From the IMG/VR virus record IMGVR_UViG_3300043122_000207, positions 64,001-128,000 of that record: a stretch of DNA of 64,000 nucleotides, one strand, 5' to 3'. This document shows, piece by piece, positions 29,171 to 39,321 of this stretch (position 1 is the stretch's first letter; each line of letters begins with the position of its first letter). Below the pieces are notes generated by a model. That model was given only the letters and a program-made list of their open reading frames with translations, ran no database searches and was not told the origin of the DNA. The DNA comes from a virus. The position numbers and the translations under genes are program-made.

Positions 29171-29749
29171 TTGAACGAGAATGCTTATAGAAAAATAGTT
29201 GGTAGAAAACCCCATAATGACATCATTAGGGTTTTGATTATACCAGGACATAGTATAGACAAACCTGGTGCATATAATGATAAGTTGGGTATTAGTGAAC
29301 ACGATGTAGTGATGGATATAGCAACCAAAATGTTAAAGAAAGAAAAAGACAAGTCATTAAGTCTCATATTGACTTCAAGAAATTCTTATTCTAAATTACC
29401 TGATGAATTAAATTATTTAAGACCAGATTTTATTATTTCCTTACATCTTAATGCATTTAATTCCGAAGCACAGGGGACAGAAACCCTTTATTACGAGAAA
29501 TCCTCAGCCTCTGAACTATTAGCAGAATTAACACAAAAAGAACTCCTAAGACTAGGTTATAATGATAGAGGAATTAAAGCCAAAAAGAGATCTGATAGAG
29601 GTGGTCACATGTTGATAAACACAGCTAAACCTTGTGTTATTGTGGAACCATTTTTTATAGACTCTATAGAAACTGAAGAAGAAATGAATGAAAACGCTGA
29701 AATTGTAAGCGACCTATTGCTGAGTGCTATCTATAAAAACTTTACTTAA
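29171..29749 (+). CDS. N-acetylmuramoyl-L-alanine amidase (amidase_3) endolysin
   Basis: IIPGHS, SEH, ISLHLNA, GTETLY and IVEPFFIDS motifs. Confidence 0.9.
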   Translation: MNENAYRKIVGRKPHNDIIRVLIIPGHSIDKPGAYNDKLGISEHDVVMDIATKMLKKEKDKSLSLILTSRNSYSKLPDELNYLRPDFIISLHLNAFNSEAQGTETLYYEKSSASELLAELTQKELLRLGYNDRGIKAKKRSDRGGHMLINTAKPCVIVEPFFIDSIETEEEMNENAEIVSDLLLSAIYKNFT

Positions 29750-29779
29750 ATATCCCAATATAAAGAGGGGAGGTATAAT

Positions 29780-30139
29780 GTGGCCACAGCAGAAAAGATC
29801 CTTTCAAACGAAGGAATTTTGAAACTCTTTGGGAGTGCTGATATTATACCACTTACTTTATTTATTTTTTTTACAATTTTTATTTTTTTATTGGTGATAA
29901 TGTTAATAAATAATAGAAACCAACTTAAGATAAATAAAGAATGGTCTAATGCTATAAATGATCTTTCTTTAGCCATTAATCTTGATATGGAAAAAGACAA
30001 AAGCACTCTAAAGGAGATAGAAAAGACCAACGATAAATTAGACAAATTAAGCTTACAACTCGAAACACATAATAAACAAATGGAAGAAAATGGGGAAAAC
30101 CAAGCCACCAAAACTATTAATAAAGAGGGGGGCGATTAA
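29780..30139 (+). CDS. holin-like protein (BhlA/UviB-like)
   Basis: Single N-terminal TM plus coiled coil, directly after the amidase. Confidence 0.55.
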   Translation: MATAEKILSNEGILKLFGSADIIPLTLFIFFTIFIFLLVIMLINNRNQLKINKEWSNAINDLSLAINLDMEKDKSTLKEIEKTNDKLDKLSLQLETHNKQMEENGENQATKTINKEGGD

Positions 30140-30145
30140 AGAAAA

Positions 30146-30415
30146 ATGCTTGAACTTATGATACTAACCCTAATCACGATACTGATGGGTATATCGTGGG
30201 TTTGGCTTTTTAACTTATCTCCATTTACAGTTTCACTAGCTATAAGTTCAGTCATATGGTTATTTACAACGACATTTGTTTCCATATTTTTTCTGATTTT
30301 CTTTTACACTGTTTTAAACGTGATTTATGGGTGGAAAAAAATGATGAATGAAAGAATAGCCATAATCAAAGAAACTGATGCACTTACTAAAAGAATAACT
30401 AAGGAGAATTTATAA
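30146..30415 (+). CDS. small membrane protein (two or three TM)
   Basis: Strongly hydrophobic; GGGGG RBS; stop overlaps the next start. Confidence 0.6.
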   Translation: MLELMILTLITILMGISWVWLFNLSPFTVSLAISSVIWLFTTTFVSIFFLIFFYTVLNVIYGWKKMMNERIAIIKETDALTKRITKENL

Positions 30416-30864
30416 TGAAATATAATCTCCTACTTTATTTACTTGTATCGGTCCCTGAGCAATTCGTCATAGTATACTTTGTAACAAAAAGACAGAATAA
30501 ATGGAATAGGTTGATCAAGGAAGATAAGCAGATTTTGGTTGGGCTAACATTCATTTTTTGTTTGTTTTATTTTCCTCTGTCAAATCTGGATATTCATTTA
30601 CAATTGCTATTAATAACACCTTTTATATTGAACACAATAATGCTTACCAATCTATTACACAGTTATTACGATGTAGAGGTATTAAAGACTGTAAGATCTA
30701 TAGTGCACATCTATGCCGTTAAAGCTTTATTTATAATGGTGAGCATCACAACTATAATAATATTCGATAAAGGTTTTACAACATTAAATATTTTAGGAAT
30801 AAGCTGGCTTGTTTATTTCCCATTACTAGTTACTTATGTTTATTATATTCGATTTCATAGATAA
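30415..30864 (+). CDS. polytopic membrane protein
   Basis: About five hydrophobic segments; terminator at 30868. Confidence 0.65.
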   Translation: MKYNLLLYLLVSVPEQFVIVYFVTKRQNKWNRLIKEDKQILVGLTFIFCLFYFPLSNLDIHLQLLLITPFILNTIMLTNLLHSYYDVEVLKTVRSIVHIYAVKALFIMVSITTIIIFDKGFTTLNILGISWLVYFPLLVTYVYYIRFHR

Positions 30865-30895
30865 AATGAGGAGGGTTAACACCCTCCCCTTATTT

Positions 30896-31360
30896 TTATT
30901 CTAAATTTTCAGAAACTATATCATACATCATAGAATATTTATTAACTGCTTCTTTGATCTTTACCATATCATCCAGATGTATATCATCTATTTCGATATG
31001 GTTTGTGTTGTTTTCTGATAATTTCACACCATCATTTTCGTCAATTTCTACTATTAGATGTCTGGATTCTGCGTTGTTGATATCCGCATCCAAAACGAAA
31101 CTTGTTTGTGATGCTTCATCTATAGTTCCATTTGCTTTTTCAATACTGGTTAATGAATGGTGTATATGTTTTCCTGTCTTGTGGATTTTATTTTTGATAT
31201 CGTGTTTTAATTCTTCTAAGTTATCTATATTAAAATCGTTTACATTTACAGGAATCGTTTCAAGTTCTTTTTTTGTTCCCTCTTTTATTAATCTGTCTTC
31301 TTTCTGGTTAAAATAAAGTTCTTTCTCATCTTCTGCGTTCAATACTAGATACATTTCCAT
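30896..31360 (-). CDS. hypothetical protein
   Basis: GGAAGG RBS; last gene of the leftward 33.4-30.9 kb operon. Confidence 0.65.
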   Translation of the reverse strand: MEMYLVLNAEDEKELYFNQKEDRLIKEGTKKELETIPVNVNDFNIDNLEELKHDIKNKIHKTGKHIHHSLTSIEKANGTIDEASQTSFVLDADINNAESRHLIVEIDENDGVKLSENNTNHIEIDDIHLDDMVKIKEAVNKYSMMYDIVSENLE

Positions 31361-31381
31361 TTTAAGGCACCTTCCCTATTT

Positions 31382-32059
31382 TTATAATTTCATATATTTT
31401 TCTAGTGGAGAAGGTGCTTCTTTACTGTCATCTTTAACGAGGGATACAGACATCATTGTCTTGGGATCTTCATATGTCATAGCCGCAAATGTGGACTGTT
31501 GGGCTACAAGATTTTTATAAGATAATAGAACATAGTCTTCTTTTCCTGTTGTGCGTAATGGTTTAGACGGATCTTTAGCATCTCTTATATAGTTTGCCAA
31601 TAATAATTCTATATCTCTTTCTGAAACATTTAATCTTTCATTTAAATTCATATTGTTTAATATGATATCAAGATACAAATCTGGATCTATTTTGTTCGTT
31701 AATTTTCCTGAGGACAGTAAATCAAACATCTTCTCCACATTAGTTATATCGGAGATAACTTTTTGTCCCATACAAAAGGGATGAGATTTTTGATGTTTCA
31801 TATCGTATTTTAAAGTGTATGTTCCTTCTTCTTTATTTCTTTCCACTTCCACTGGCTTAGTAGTAAAAACTGTTGCTAAAACCAATGCTCTCTCATCCAC
31901 TACTTTTTTGTTCTCATCTTCAACTATGATTAAAGGACCAAAACCAAAAATACTCATTATTTCTTTATCCTCTAATATGTTTTCTTCGTTCAATATCATT
32001 TCTATAATAGGTTCATTCACACACCAATTTCCATCTATTAATTTAAGATGTTTTTCCAT
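31382..32059 (-). CDS. putative stand-alone RNAP beta-prime extreme C-terminal fragment
   Basis: DIELLLANYIRD and QSTFAAMTYEDP resemble beta-prime HIE.IVRQM and SFLSAASFQET. Confidence 0.45.
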   Translation of the reverse strand: MEKHLKLIDGNWCVNEPIIEMILNEENILEDKEIMSIFGFGPLIIVEDENKKVVDERALVLATVFTTKPVEVERNKEEGTYTLKYDMKHQKSHPFCMGQKVISDITNVEKMFDLLSSGKLTNKIDPDLYLDIILNNMNLNERLNVSERDIELLLANYIRDAKDPSKPLRTTGKEDYVLLSYKNLVAQQSTFAAMTYEDPKTMMSVSLVKDDSKEAPSPLEKYMKL

Positions 32060-32070
32060 TCATTCCCCTC

Positions 32071-32715
32071 CTACTCTTTTTTAGAGGTGTACTGATTGTA
32101 GAGTTCGATTATTTTTTTAAATACCTTTTTACCATAAGTATCAACCATGGAGTTTAAAAATAGTTTAATAAATTTATATCTTGTTTCTAAGTTCTCGTTT
32201 ACACTTTCTTCTTTTGTGATCAGGTAACAGAATGCACCAAATGTTTTTTCTTCTCTTCTTGACTCTGCTATTGAATTAATATTAGCCTTTACCAATTTAG
32301 TAAACATTTTATAATCTACACCTTTTTCGTTGCATGTGTTCTGAATGAAGGCTAAAAATAAAGCATTATGTTCTTTTATCTTATCATAATTATCTAAGAA
32401 TGATAAATCAAGTGTATCAAGATATGACACTATACCTTGGACATACTCATCACTAACATTTCTTTCTTTAACACTTTCTACTACACCCATTGCTTTATCG
32501 TATACTTCATCAGTTACCTCTTTTTTATCTTCATCTTCAAAAGCTTCTTTCATATTTTTCTCATATTCAAGAACCCACTCTTTTATATATTCGTTTAATT
32601 CATAAAAGTTAGCATCCTGATATTCCATTGTGTTTTCATCTTTTAAATCTTTATTAATCTGCTCCATCATTTCTTTTTCGTCATTATAAACAGCTAATTC
32701 TTCCATTTTATCCAT
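32071..32715 (-). CDS. hypothetical protein
   Basis: AAGGG RBS, in operon. Confidence 0.65.
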   Translation of the reverse strand: MDKMEELAVYNDEKEMMEQINKDLKDENTMEYQDANFYELNEYIKEWVLEYEKNMKEAFEDEDKKEVTDEVYDKAMGVVESVKERNVSDEYVQGIVSYLDTLDLSFLDNYDKIKEHNALFLAFIQNTCNEKGVDYKMFTKLVKANINSIAESRREEKTFGAFCYLITKEESVNENLETRYKFIKLFLNSMVDTYGKKVFKKIIELYNQYTSKKE

Positions 32716-32722
32716 CCCCTTA

Positions 32723-33358
32723 TTAGTTATTTTGTAATTCTCTATTTTTTAATCTTAATCTAACCTTTTCTGATATATTCACAAGATAATGAATGTCATC
32801 CCCATAAACAGTTGACACCAATAGATGGTACGGAGAGATGTCATCTTTTATTTCGATATAATCCTCAATAAAAGAAAGCTGATCATTTGGAATAAATTCA
32901 GATAGGTCATCCATAAGACAGTCAGAAACTATATATGATAGACTATTTCTTATAACTGATTCTTTTCTACTCACACCATATATATTTGCTGTATGATCTA
33001 CATCTTCTCTTTTAACACGGTCACGATACTGTTCATAAAGTCTGTCCTCATTAAACATTATATAACTTGCAACTATATCAGCTACATTGTTTAACCTCTT
33101 TGATACTAAAAAACGGTAAACTTTCGATATTATTTTTGGGTCATTACTATTGATGTTTATCCCAAAAAATCTTTCTATTACAGATTTAATTGAGATAATC
33201 TCATTTACGACTTCTTTTGATTTTGTGATATTGTCATCACGATACCTTTCTATATGGTAATTATAATCACCAACCCTTTCATTGTCTGGAAAACAGTTTT
33301 CGTCAATATAAGTATATTCTAAATTATTTAATTGTCTGGCTATCATATTCACTAACAT
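32723..33358 (-). CDS. hypothetical protein
   Basis: AAGGAGGG RBS; divergent from the sheath gene. Confidence 0.65.
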   Translation of the reverse strand: MLVNMIARQLNNLEYTYIDENCFPDNERVGDYNYHIERYRDDNITKSKEVVNEIISIKSVIERFFGININSNDPKIISKVYRFLVSKRLNNVADIVASYIMFNEDRLYEQYRDRVKREDVDHTANIYGVSRKESVIRNSLSYIVSDCLMDDLSEFIPNDQLSFIEDYIEIKDDISPYHLLVSTVYGDDIHYLVNISEKVRLRLKNRELQNN

Positions 33359-33452
33359 AACAATCCCTCCTTTTATTTTTGCTTCAAATCATTGTTTCAA
33401 TTATGAAAAAATATTTTATCCATAGGGTTATCTTATATAAGCGTCACAATTT

Positions 33453-33466
33453 AACAATTTTTATAG
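33453..33466 (+). promoter_or_regulatory. late-type promoter of the sheath/tube operon
   Basis: AACA-ATTTTTA-TAG. Other copies: 166 (-), 9820, 23741, 26134, 28291, 29122, 37532, 41317, 43968, 54201 (-), 54241, 61371 (-), 61404. Confidence 0.75.
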
Positions 33467-33494
33467 TCAATAATTGAAAGGAGGAATAACATAA

Positions 33495-35492
33495 ATGGAA
33501 CTAATTTATGGTGAGAATTTTCAATACTCATTTCCACATACCACATATTATGAAGTAGATAGAACAAGACAGGACGATCCATTGCCTGCTTTACCTGATA
33601 CAGCAACTCTGGTTATGTTTATTTTGTCGGGAGAGGGTTTAGATGATGGATTTTTAGAATTTAGTGGATCCACAGCTTTAAGAGACTTTGATGAAGCCTT
33701 TGGTGATTTAAACACAAAGAAATATGGTCTTATGATGGAATTTGCTAGAAAACATATTATAGCTGGTGGTCGTTTAATTGCAAGAAGACTAACAGCTGAA
33801 GATGCAGCTTTAGCCAATGCATTATATGAACTAGAAATTTCTGAGAAAACAGATGTTACCTTTTACTTAGATGATACTGGTGCAGTTTTTGAAAGTCAAA
33901 ATGATGCTGGTGATCTAGAAGAGGTGGTTGTTAGTTCATATGAATTCAACACATTAATCAAACATATAGCTTCAGTCCAAAACTCTGGGGAACTGGATGT
34001 TACAGCAGCCTTAGATATGGACGATAGTTTACCAGCAGCTGGTTCACCAGCAGTTCTTCCTATTTACGGTTTTTCCGTTCTAGGTAGAGGTAAATTCGGT
34101 AACGCTTATCAGATAATTCTTAACGATACTATTAAAGATGCACAAGGGTATCCTCTTAAAAATTATATGTTAGCCGATATGAAAACGGGTAATGTTATCG
34201 ATGACTATGAGGTTTCTCATGTACCTGATTTAACTGATAATGATATTCCGGTAGCTTTTGACACCGTAATTAATAATTACAGTGCTAAATTGGGTGTAAC
34301 AATGTATGAGGATAATTACGAACTGTTTAACGATCTTTTTGAAGATATGATTGATGAGGTCATCACAAACCTTAATGCACTCACTACAACTAATCCTATC
34401 ACAAACTTAGTTGATCGTTTAAACGAATTAAAAACATTCGTTTCATTATTAGATGAATCATTCCTTAATAATCTTGACTTATTTAGTGATTCAATATTCC
34501 CTGAAGAGGAAGGTATTAACCTAAATCTTATCTTCCCAAATAATATTGATACAAATATTACTTTGGCTGAAGGTAGTGACGGGGAACTGGCTAAAATGAA
34601 AAGATTTGATTGGGAATACCAAAATGCAACTGGCGATAAGGTTGTAGAAAAGTTATTTGCAGATGCTTGGTCAGGTGCTATTGACCCTGTGTTATTTGAT
34701 ATTCAGAAAGTATCTGGTGATATCATTCTTGACCCTGGATATCCAACCACAGTAAAAGAGGCTATTTCAGGACTTGTTAAAAAATCAAGATTGGATATGT
34801 TATATCTTGCTGGTGTTCCAGTCACAGCAAAAACAATCGACATGTTAGAAACATGGAATATGACATTCAATCCAGAAAATCAGCAAATGATGAAACTTGG
34901 TGAAACAGTACCTTATAGATCAGATGATAATGGTAAAATATATAGGGTTCCTATTTCTATTTTGCTATATCTGAACTTAATTGATCATTATATGAATGGT
35001 TTTAAAGAACCGTTTGCTGGAGACAATGTATATATTAGTGGAATTGAATCCGATAACATTCTGCCGTCTATCAATACACTTGATGACAAACAAAGAATGG
35101 ACGATATGAACTTTAATATAGTTTCAAGAGATTCTGACGGGATTTTCTTAAATGGTCAGATGACAAATATCATCGGTCAATACTCTAAATTAAAAGAAGC
35201 ATTCAACATTATGATTAAAGGTAGAATCATAAAATATTATGTGCCTTTATTAGAAGCTAGAAAACATAAACTGGATACTCCTCAAAATATCGAATCTGTT
35301 CGTAGAGAACTAGAAGAATTAATGAACGATAGATTTGGTGGAAAGTGTGCTAAGATCCAGGTTGAAGCTTATTTTAAAAATGAACAAGAAGAAGCTCGTG
35401 GCGATGTTACTATGGCACTCTATTGGTGGCCTAATGGGTCTATTAAACGTTATAGAGCGTATCTATACACAATGCCAAAGGAGAAGCTATAA
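33495..35492 (+). CDS. tail sheath protein
   Basis: 665 aa; GGRLIARRLTAEDA, LAEGSDG and ILDPGYPTTVKEAI; directly precedes the tube gene; late-type promoter at 33453. Confidence 0.85.
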   Translation: MELIYGENFQYSFPHTTYYEVDRTRQDDPLPALPDTATLVMFILSGEGLDDGFLEFSGSTALRDFDEAFGDLNTKKYGLMMEFARKHIIAGGRLIARRLTAEDAALANALYELEISEKTDVTFYLDDTGAVFESQNDAGDLEEVVVSSYEFNTLIKHIASVQNSGELDVTAALDMDDSLPAAGSPAVLPIYGFSVLGRGKFGNAYQIILNDTIKDAQGYPLKNYMLADMKTGNVIDDYEVSHVPDLTDNDIPVAFDTVINNYSAKLGVTMYEDNYELFNDLFEDMIDEVITNLNALTTTNPITNLVDRLNELKTFVSLLDESFLNNLDLFSDSIFPEEEGINLNLIFPNNIDTNITLAEGSDGELAKMKRFDWEYQNATGDKVVEKLFADAWSGAIDPVLFDIQKVSGDIILDPGYPTTVKEAISGLVKKSRLDMLYLAGVPVTAKTIDMLETWNMTFNPENQQMMKLGETVPYRSDDNGKIYRVPISILLYLNLIDHYMNGFKEPFAGDNVYISGIESDNILPSINTLDDKQRMDDMNFNIVSRDSDGIFLNGQMTNIIGQYSKLKEAFNIMIKGRIIKYYVPLLEARKHKLDTPQNIESVRRELEELMNDRFGGKCAKIQVEAYFKNEQEEARGDVTMALYWWPNGSIKRYRAYLYTMPKEKL

Positions 35493-35524
35493 TATATAAA
35501 TTTATAAAGAGAGGTGAGATTTAA

Positions 35525-36346
35525 ATGGCCAAAGATGAAGCCAGCACAGCTTATCAAAATACTATTAATGGTTCATCACTTAAAGGCGATCAGTTTAATG
35601 CCGGTGGTGTAAACAATCATTTTTTAGCTAATTATAAAGAAGACGATATTGCAAATAGGATATATACTGATCTTTTGCAGCTTGATATGGTTAACCTTAA
35701 AAAGTTAACACCCTACCAACCAGGTAGAGGATACTTTATCCCAACCAGAATGCCCAAGTTTATGGAGGATCAATTTGAAGATCAAACTAAATTCTTTAAA
35801 ACTTTATTGATTGGGTATTGTGTTGGGTTTGATGGTATCACAGATCCTACTATGAACTTCTCAGAAGTTACTAGTGGTGTTGAATCTCAGACCATGGATG
35901 TTGCAAATAATGTTACAGGTTTGACAAGAGAAGTGACAATGAGATTCCCTGCTGAACTTAGAGGGCAATTCCTAACCCGTTATCAGTACAACTGGATGAC
36001 AGGTATTATGGATCCTTATACAGATAGAGGGAGATATCATGGTGCTGATTTAGAATACACCAACGCTAACCATACAATGAGTGGTGTTTATTTTACATTA
36101 GACCCAAGTGAATCCGCTATTGAATTTTCAGCTTATCTATTAAACATGATGCCTAAAAATGCACAGCTTAGTATCAATAACAAAAACAAAGGTGAGAACA
36201 CGCCACCAGAAATTACCACACCTTACAGTTGTCAGTTTATTACTAATAATAAAATGATAACCGATAAGTGTTATGAGTTCTTAGAAGAAATGAACGGTGA
36301 AATTGGTGGAGTAACATCTAAAGCAGATAACATTGAATTTCCTTAA
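35525..36346 (+). CDS. tail tube protein
   Basis: Follows the sheath gene; WMTGIMDPYT, YFTLDP and LLNMMPK motifs of phiKZ-type tubes. Confidence 0.75.
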   Translation: MAKDEASTAYQNTINGSSLKGDQFNAGGVNNHFLANYKEDDIANRIYTDLLQLDMVNLKKLTPYQPGRGYFIPTRMPKFMEDQFEDQTKFFKTLLIGYCVGFDGITDPTMNFSEVTSGVESQTMDVANNVTGLTREVTMRFPAELRGQFLTRYQYNWMTGIMDPYTDRGRYHGADLEYTNANHTMSGVYFTLDPSESAIEFSAYLLNMMPKNAQLSINNKNKGENTPPEITTPYSCQFITNNKMITDKCYEFLEEMNGEIGGVTSKADNIEFP

Positions 36347-36387
36347 ATAAAAATTAAGCAGGGGCTCACACCCCTGCCTTTTTATTT

Positions 36388-37485
36388 TTAATATACAAAT
36401 CTATTGTCACTATCATAAACTACTTTTATATCTCTTCTTGCTGCACGGGCTACAGAATAAAAAACCCTTTTATTATTTATGTCGTTATTTTTCATTTCAA
36501 AAAATAAAGTATCGTAAGATTTATCCACTACCATCTTTGGTGGTACAACGTAAGAATAATATAACCTAACACCACCAGCCATATACTCGTCATAATCTAA
36601 ACCATATAAAACATTAATAAAGTTCATGTCGATCCAAAGTTCCACTTCTTTTCCTTTGAAATCAAAGACACCATAGAAACACCCATCATTATTCATTCTG
36701 GCATCCTTTACTATCAATTCTTCTCCAAGTTGTATCTCTATCTCATTTCCTTTTGAATCTTTTGTTTTGATTGGTTGGTATGCAATCATTCTCTCGCCTT
36801 TTCTTGGTTCAGCACCATGGTAATCAAATATGTAACTTCTTATCTTTTTATTGGTGTCCCCAACATAGAATTTTGAAACAACAGCAACATCATAATCAAA
36901 AATCTCTTCAAGTTCTGGTTTTTTATCTGATACAACATAAGATCTGTTATTTATATTTTCTAATTCTTCCATTGTACCGTTTCTTATTCTATTGGCAAAA
37001 TAAACTAACTCCTGAGAATACTTTGGGAGTTTATTTATTTTATCTAAGTAAAGATCACAATTTCTAATATGTTTTATTACATCCCCGTTTGAAAAATAAT
37101 CAACTAAAAAAGAATCCCCTATATCGACAACCGATGTTTTAAAATTTCTTTTGATTTCATGTATGTGTTCTACACCGGTGAAATTAGAAGACCATATGAA
37201 AGTTAAGTCGGCAGTGGTGTCGTTTTCTTTTAACTCATATTGCATTCCACTTTCTTTTTTCTTTAATACATAGTAATCTGTTATCCTTTCATAATCCACA
37301 TCGTAGTGATCTAGAATCCTTTCTTGCTCTACACCTGAAGCTAAAACTTTAACACCTTTATTGGAATATAAACCCATTAATGGTTCTATTACTGTCTCAT
37401 AAACATTCACACCATGTATTGCATCTACCGTCATAACTCTATTATTAGAATTTATTGTTTTTTCATATTTTTTTACGATATCCAT
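36388..37485 (-). CDS. RecD/Dda-like SF1 helicase fold with degenerate ATPase motifs
   Basis: PRKGERMIAY..IQLGEELIV and C-terminal VFYSVARAARRDI are present, but there is no GxxGxGKT; likely start MDIVKK after an AGGC RBS. Confidence 0.55.
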   Translation of the reverse strand: MDIVKKYEKTINSNNRVMTVDAIHGVNVYETVIEPLMGLYSNKGVKVLASGVEQERILDHYDVDYERITDYYVLKKKESGMQYELKENDTTADLTFIWSSNFTGVEHIHEIKRNFKTSVVDIGDSFLVDYFSNGDVIKHIRNCDLYLDKINKLPKYSQELVYFANRIRNGTMEELENINNRSYVVSDKKPELEEIFDYDVAVVSKFYVGDTNKKIRSYIFDYHGAEPRKGERMIAYQPIKTKDSKGNEIEIQLGEELIVKDARMNNDGCFYGVFDFKGKEVELWIDMNFINVLYGLDYDEYMAGGVRLYYSYVVPPKMVVDKSYDTLFFEMKNNDINNKRVFYSVARAARRDIKVVYDSDNRFVY

Positions 37486-37599
37486 AATTTTGAGCCTCCC
37501 ACTGATAATATTGAAATATAATACCGCATGAAACAATTAAATTAGTACATTATTTTGTTTCCGACATTTGGAGGTACAAAAGTATTAGGAGGTTTTTAA

Positions 37600-38358
37600 A
37601 TGTTTAATAACGAGTATTTTGAGCCAACCAGCATAGAAAAATGTATATTACTCACACCTAGAGCACATATAACTTCAAAGGAATTTGAGATAAGTATACC
37701 TAGGCTGATGCCAAAGTTAGAAAAATTACCACCAATAACAAAGAACGAACCAACAAACGAAAGTTCTCATGTTTTGAATAAAACAAGCATGGCTAAAAAT
37801 GTTTCGACAGCTAATTTTTTAAAAGCAAAAGCCATGACAGATTATAGAAGTTGGATGTTTGGACAGATATATAAGATGACACACTCACATTGTATAACAG
37901 AAACTGAAGTTGTGCCTGTTGGTGGTAGTTATGCAAAACCACCATTTAAAGAAAGAGTAGATGAAATGGAAACATCAGAAGTAACTTCACCAAGTCCGAC
38001 AATCAAAACTTCCCCACCAGCTATTAGGAACGCTGTCGTTAAGGATCTTCCAGATTTTGTTTTTAAACCATTCGAACAAAACGGCGTAAGTAGACCTATA
38101 AACTTTCCTTTTTCTTCAATGGATTTGAAGCACGACCATCTTGTGGATTCAAGAGGGGATGGACACCCACCACAACCACATAGAAAACATGTACATCCAA
38201 TCATAAAACCTTTCCAATTTTTCAATGTGAAATATGAGGGTTTGAATGATAGGGTTATAAAATATGGACATGAAATGATAGGGTGTTTTGTTTCGGGTGA
38301 TTTGAACGATTTCAGAATAATGCATATACCCGATATTATACCAATGAAAGGGGATTAA
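37600..38358 (+). CDS. baseplate spike-like protein
   Basis: Three HxH motifs (THSH, KHDH, KHVH); next to the gp53-like gene; late-type promoter at 37532. Confidence 0.45.
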   Translation: MFNNEYFEPTSIEKCILLTPRAHITSKEFEISIPRLMPKLEKLPPITKNEPTNESSHVLNKTSMAKNVSTANFLKAKAMTDYRSWMFGQIYKMTHSHCITETEVVPVGGSYAKPPFKERVDEMETSEVTSPSPTIKTSPPAIRNAVVKDLPDFVFKPFEQNGVSRPINFPFSSMDLKHDHLVDSRGDGHPPQPHRKHVHPIIKPFQFFNVKYEGLNDRVIKYGHEMIGCFVSGDLNDFRIMHIPDIIPMKGD

Positions 38359-38361
38359 TAA

Positions 38362-38736
38362 ATGTATTTAAATAAAGAGGATTTTTCAAGTTATACTGAA
38401 TATATAAATTTATTGGACGAAAGTATATTCAATTTCGATAATTGTAAAATAAAGAAATTAAAGGACGAACATATTTTAGACCTGTGTTCTGATATCATCC
38501 AAAAGAACAAAATGGTTTTAACATTCGATAGAGATGAAGTTAAAACCTTTGATAACAAACCAAAAATATTATCCAATACACTTTATGGTACACCGGATCT
38601 TTGGTTTATACTCATGAAATTAAATGGGGTTTCACATCCCGATGACTTTGATTGTACGAGTGATGTGTTTATAATGAATCCAGAGAATATCCCGGAGTTA
38701 TTAGCAGTGTATGATAATTTAAAACACACACTCTAG
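38362..38736 (+). CDS. baseplate wedge subunit, T4 gp53-like (LysM-type)
   Basis: PKILSNTLYGTPDLWFILMKLNGVSHP. Confidence 0.7.
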   Translation: MYLNKEDFSSYTEYINLLDESIFNFDNCKIKKLKDEHILDLCSDIIQKNKMVLTFDRDEVKTFDNKPKILSNTLYGTPDLWFILMKLNGVSHPDDFDCTSDVFIMNPENIPELLAVYDNLKHTL

Positions 38737-38802
38737 TATTTTTCTTCAATTATATATTATTATATTAGAACGGTAATAATAATATTAATTAGGAGATGAT
38801 TA

Positions 38803-39321
38803 TTGATGAATGCAGTTTATAGTTTTTTAAGAGTTTTAAATGATCCAAAAGAAATAGAAAATATTGAAGATGAAGAAGTTTTAGAAATAGCTAAGAATAT
38901 CAATTTTAATATAGTGAAACATTTAAATGAGTCCAGACATTCTAAAATATTGAGGGAAAATGACGAGGAGCTAATTAAAGAGGTAATAAAAAAAGCAAAC
39001 AGTAAGGATAATATTGAGATGCTTTTGGATTCATTAAAGATACAGTGTTTAATGGGTAAGGAATTATATATGCTCATAAAAAATATAATGGACTCAATAG
39101 ATAATAAAGAAAGTGTAGTAAAATTCTTAATCCAAATATTACATGAGGTCGATGAATCACATTTACGTGATTTTCTATCCTTAATAAAAGATAAGAATGA
39201 GAATACGCTTTTAAAAGAGCTCATTAAGATGGCTGAATTGATTTTGGATACCAAAACCATTAAGAATAAATTTTCTCGCAATCTTAACACTATAATAGAG
39301 GAATGTAAGGTACATGATTGA
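38803..39321 (+). CDS. hypothetical helical early protein
   Basis: Early motif at 38750 and AGGAG RBS. Confidence 0.65.
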   Translation: MMNAVYSFLRVLNDPKEIENIEDEEVLEIAKNINFNIVKHLNESRHSKILRENDEELIKEVIKKANSKDNIEMLLDSLKIQCLMGKELYMLIKNIMDSIDNKESVVKFLIQILHEVDESHLRDFLSLIKDKNENTLLKELIKMAELILDTKTIKNKFSRNLNTIIEECKVHD

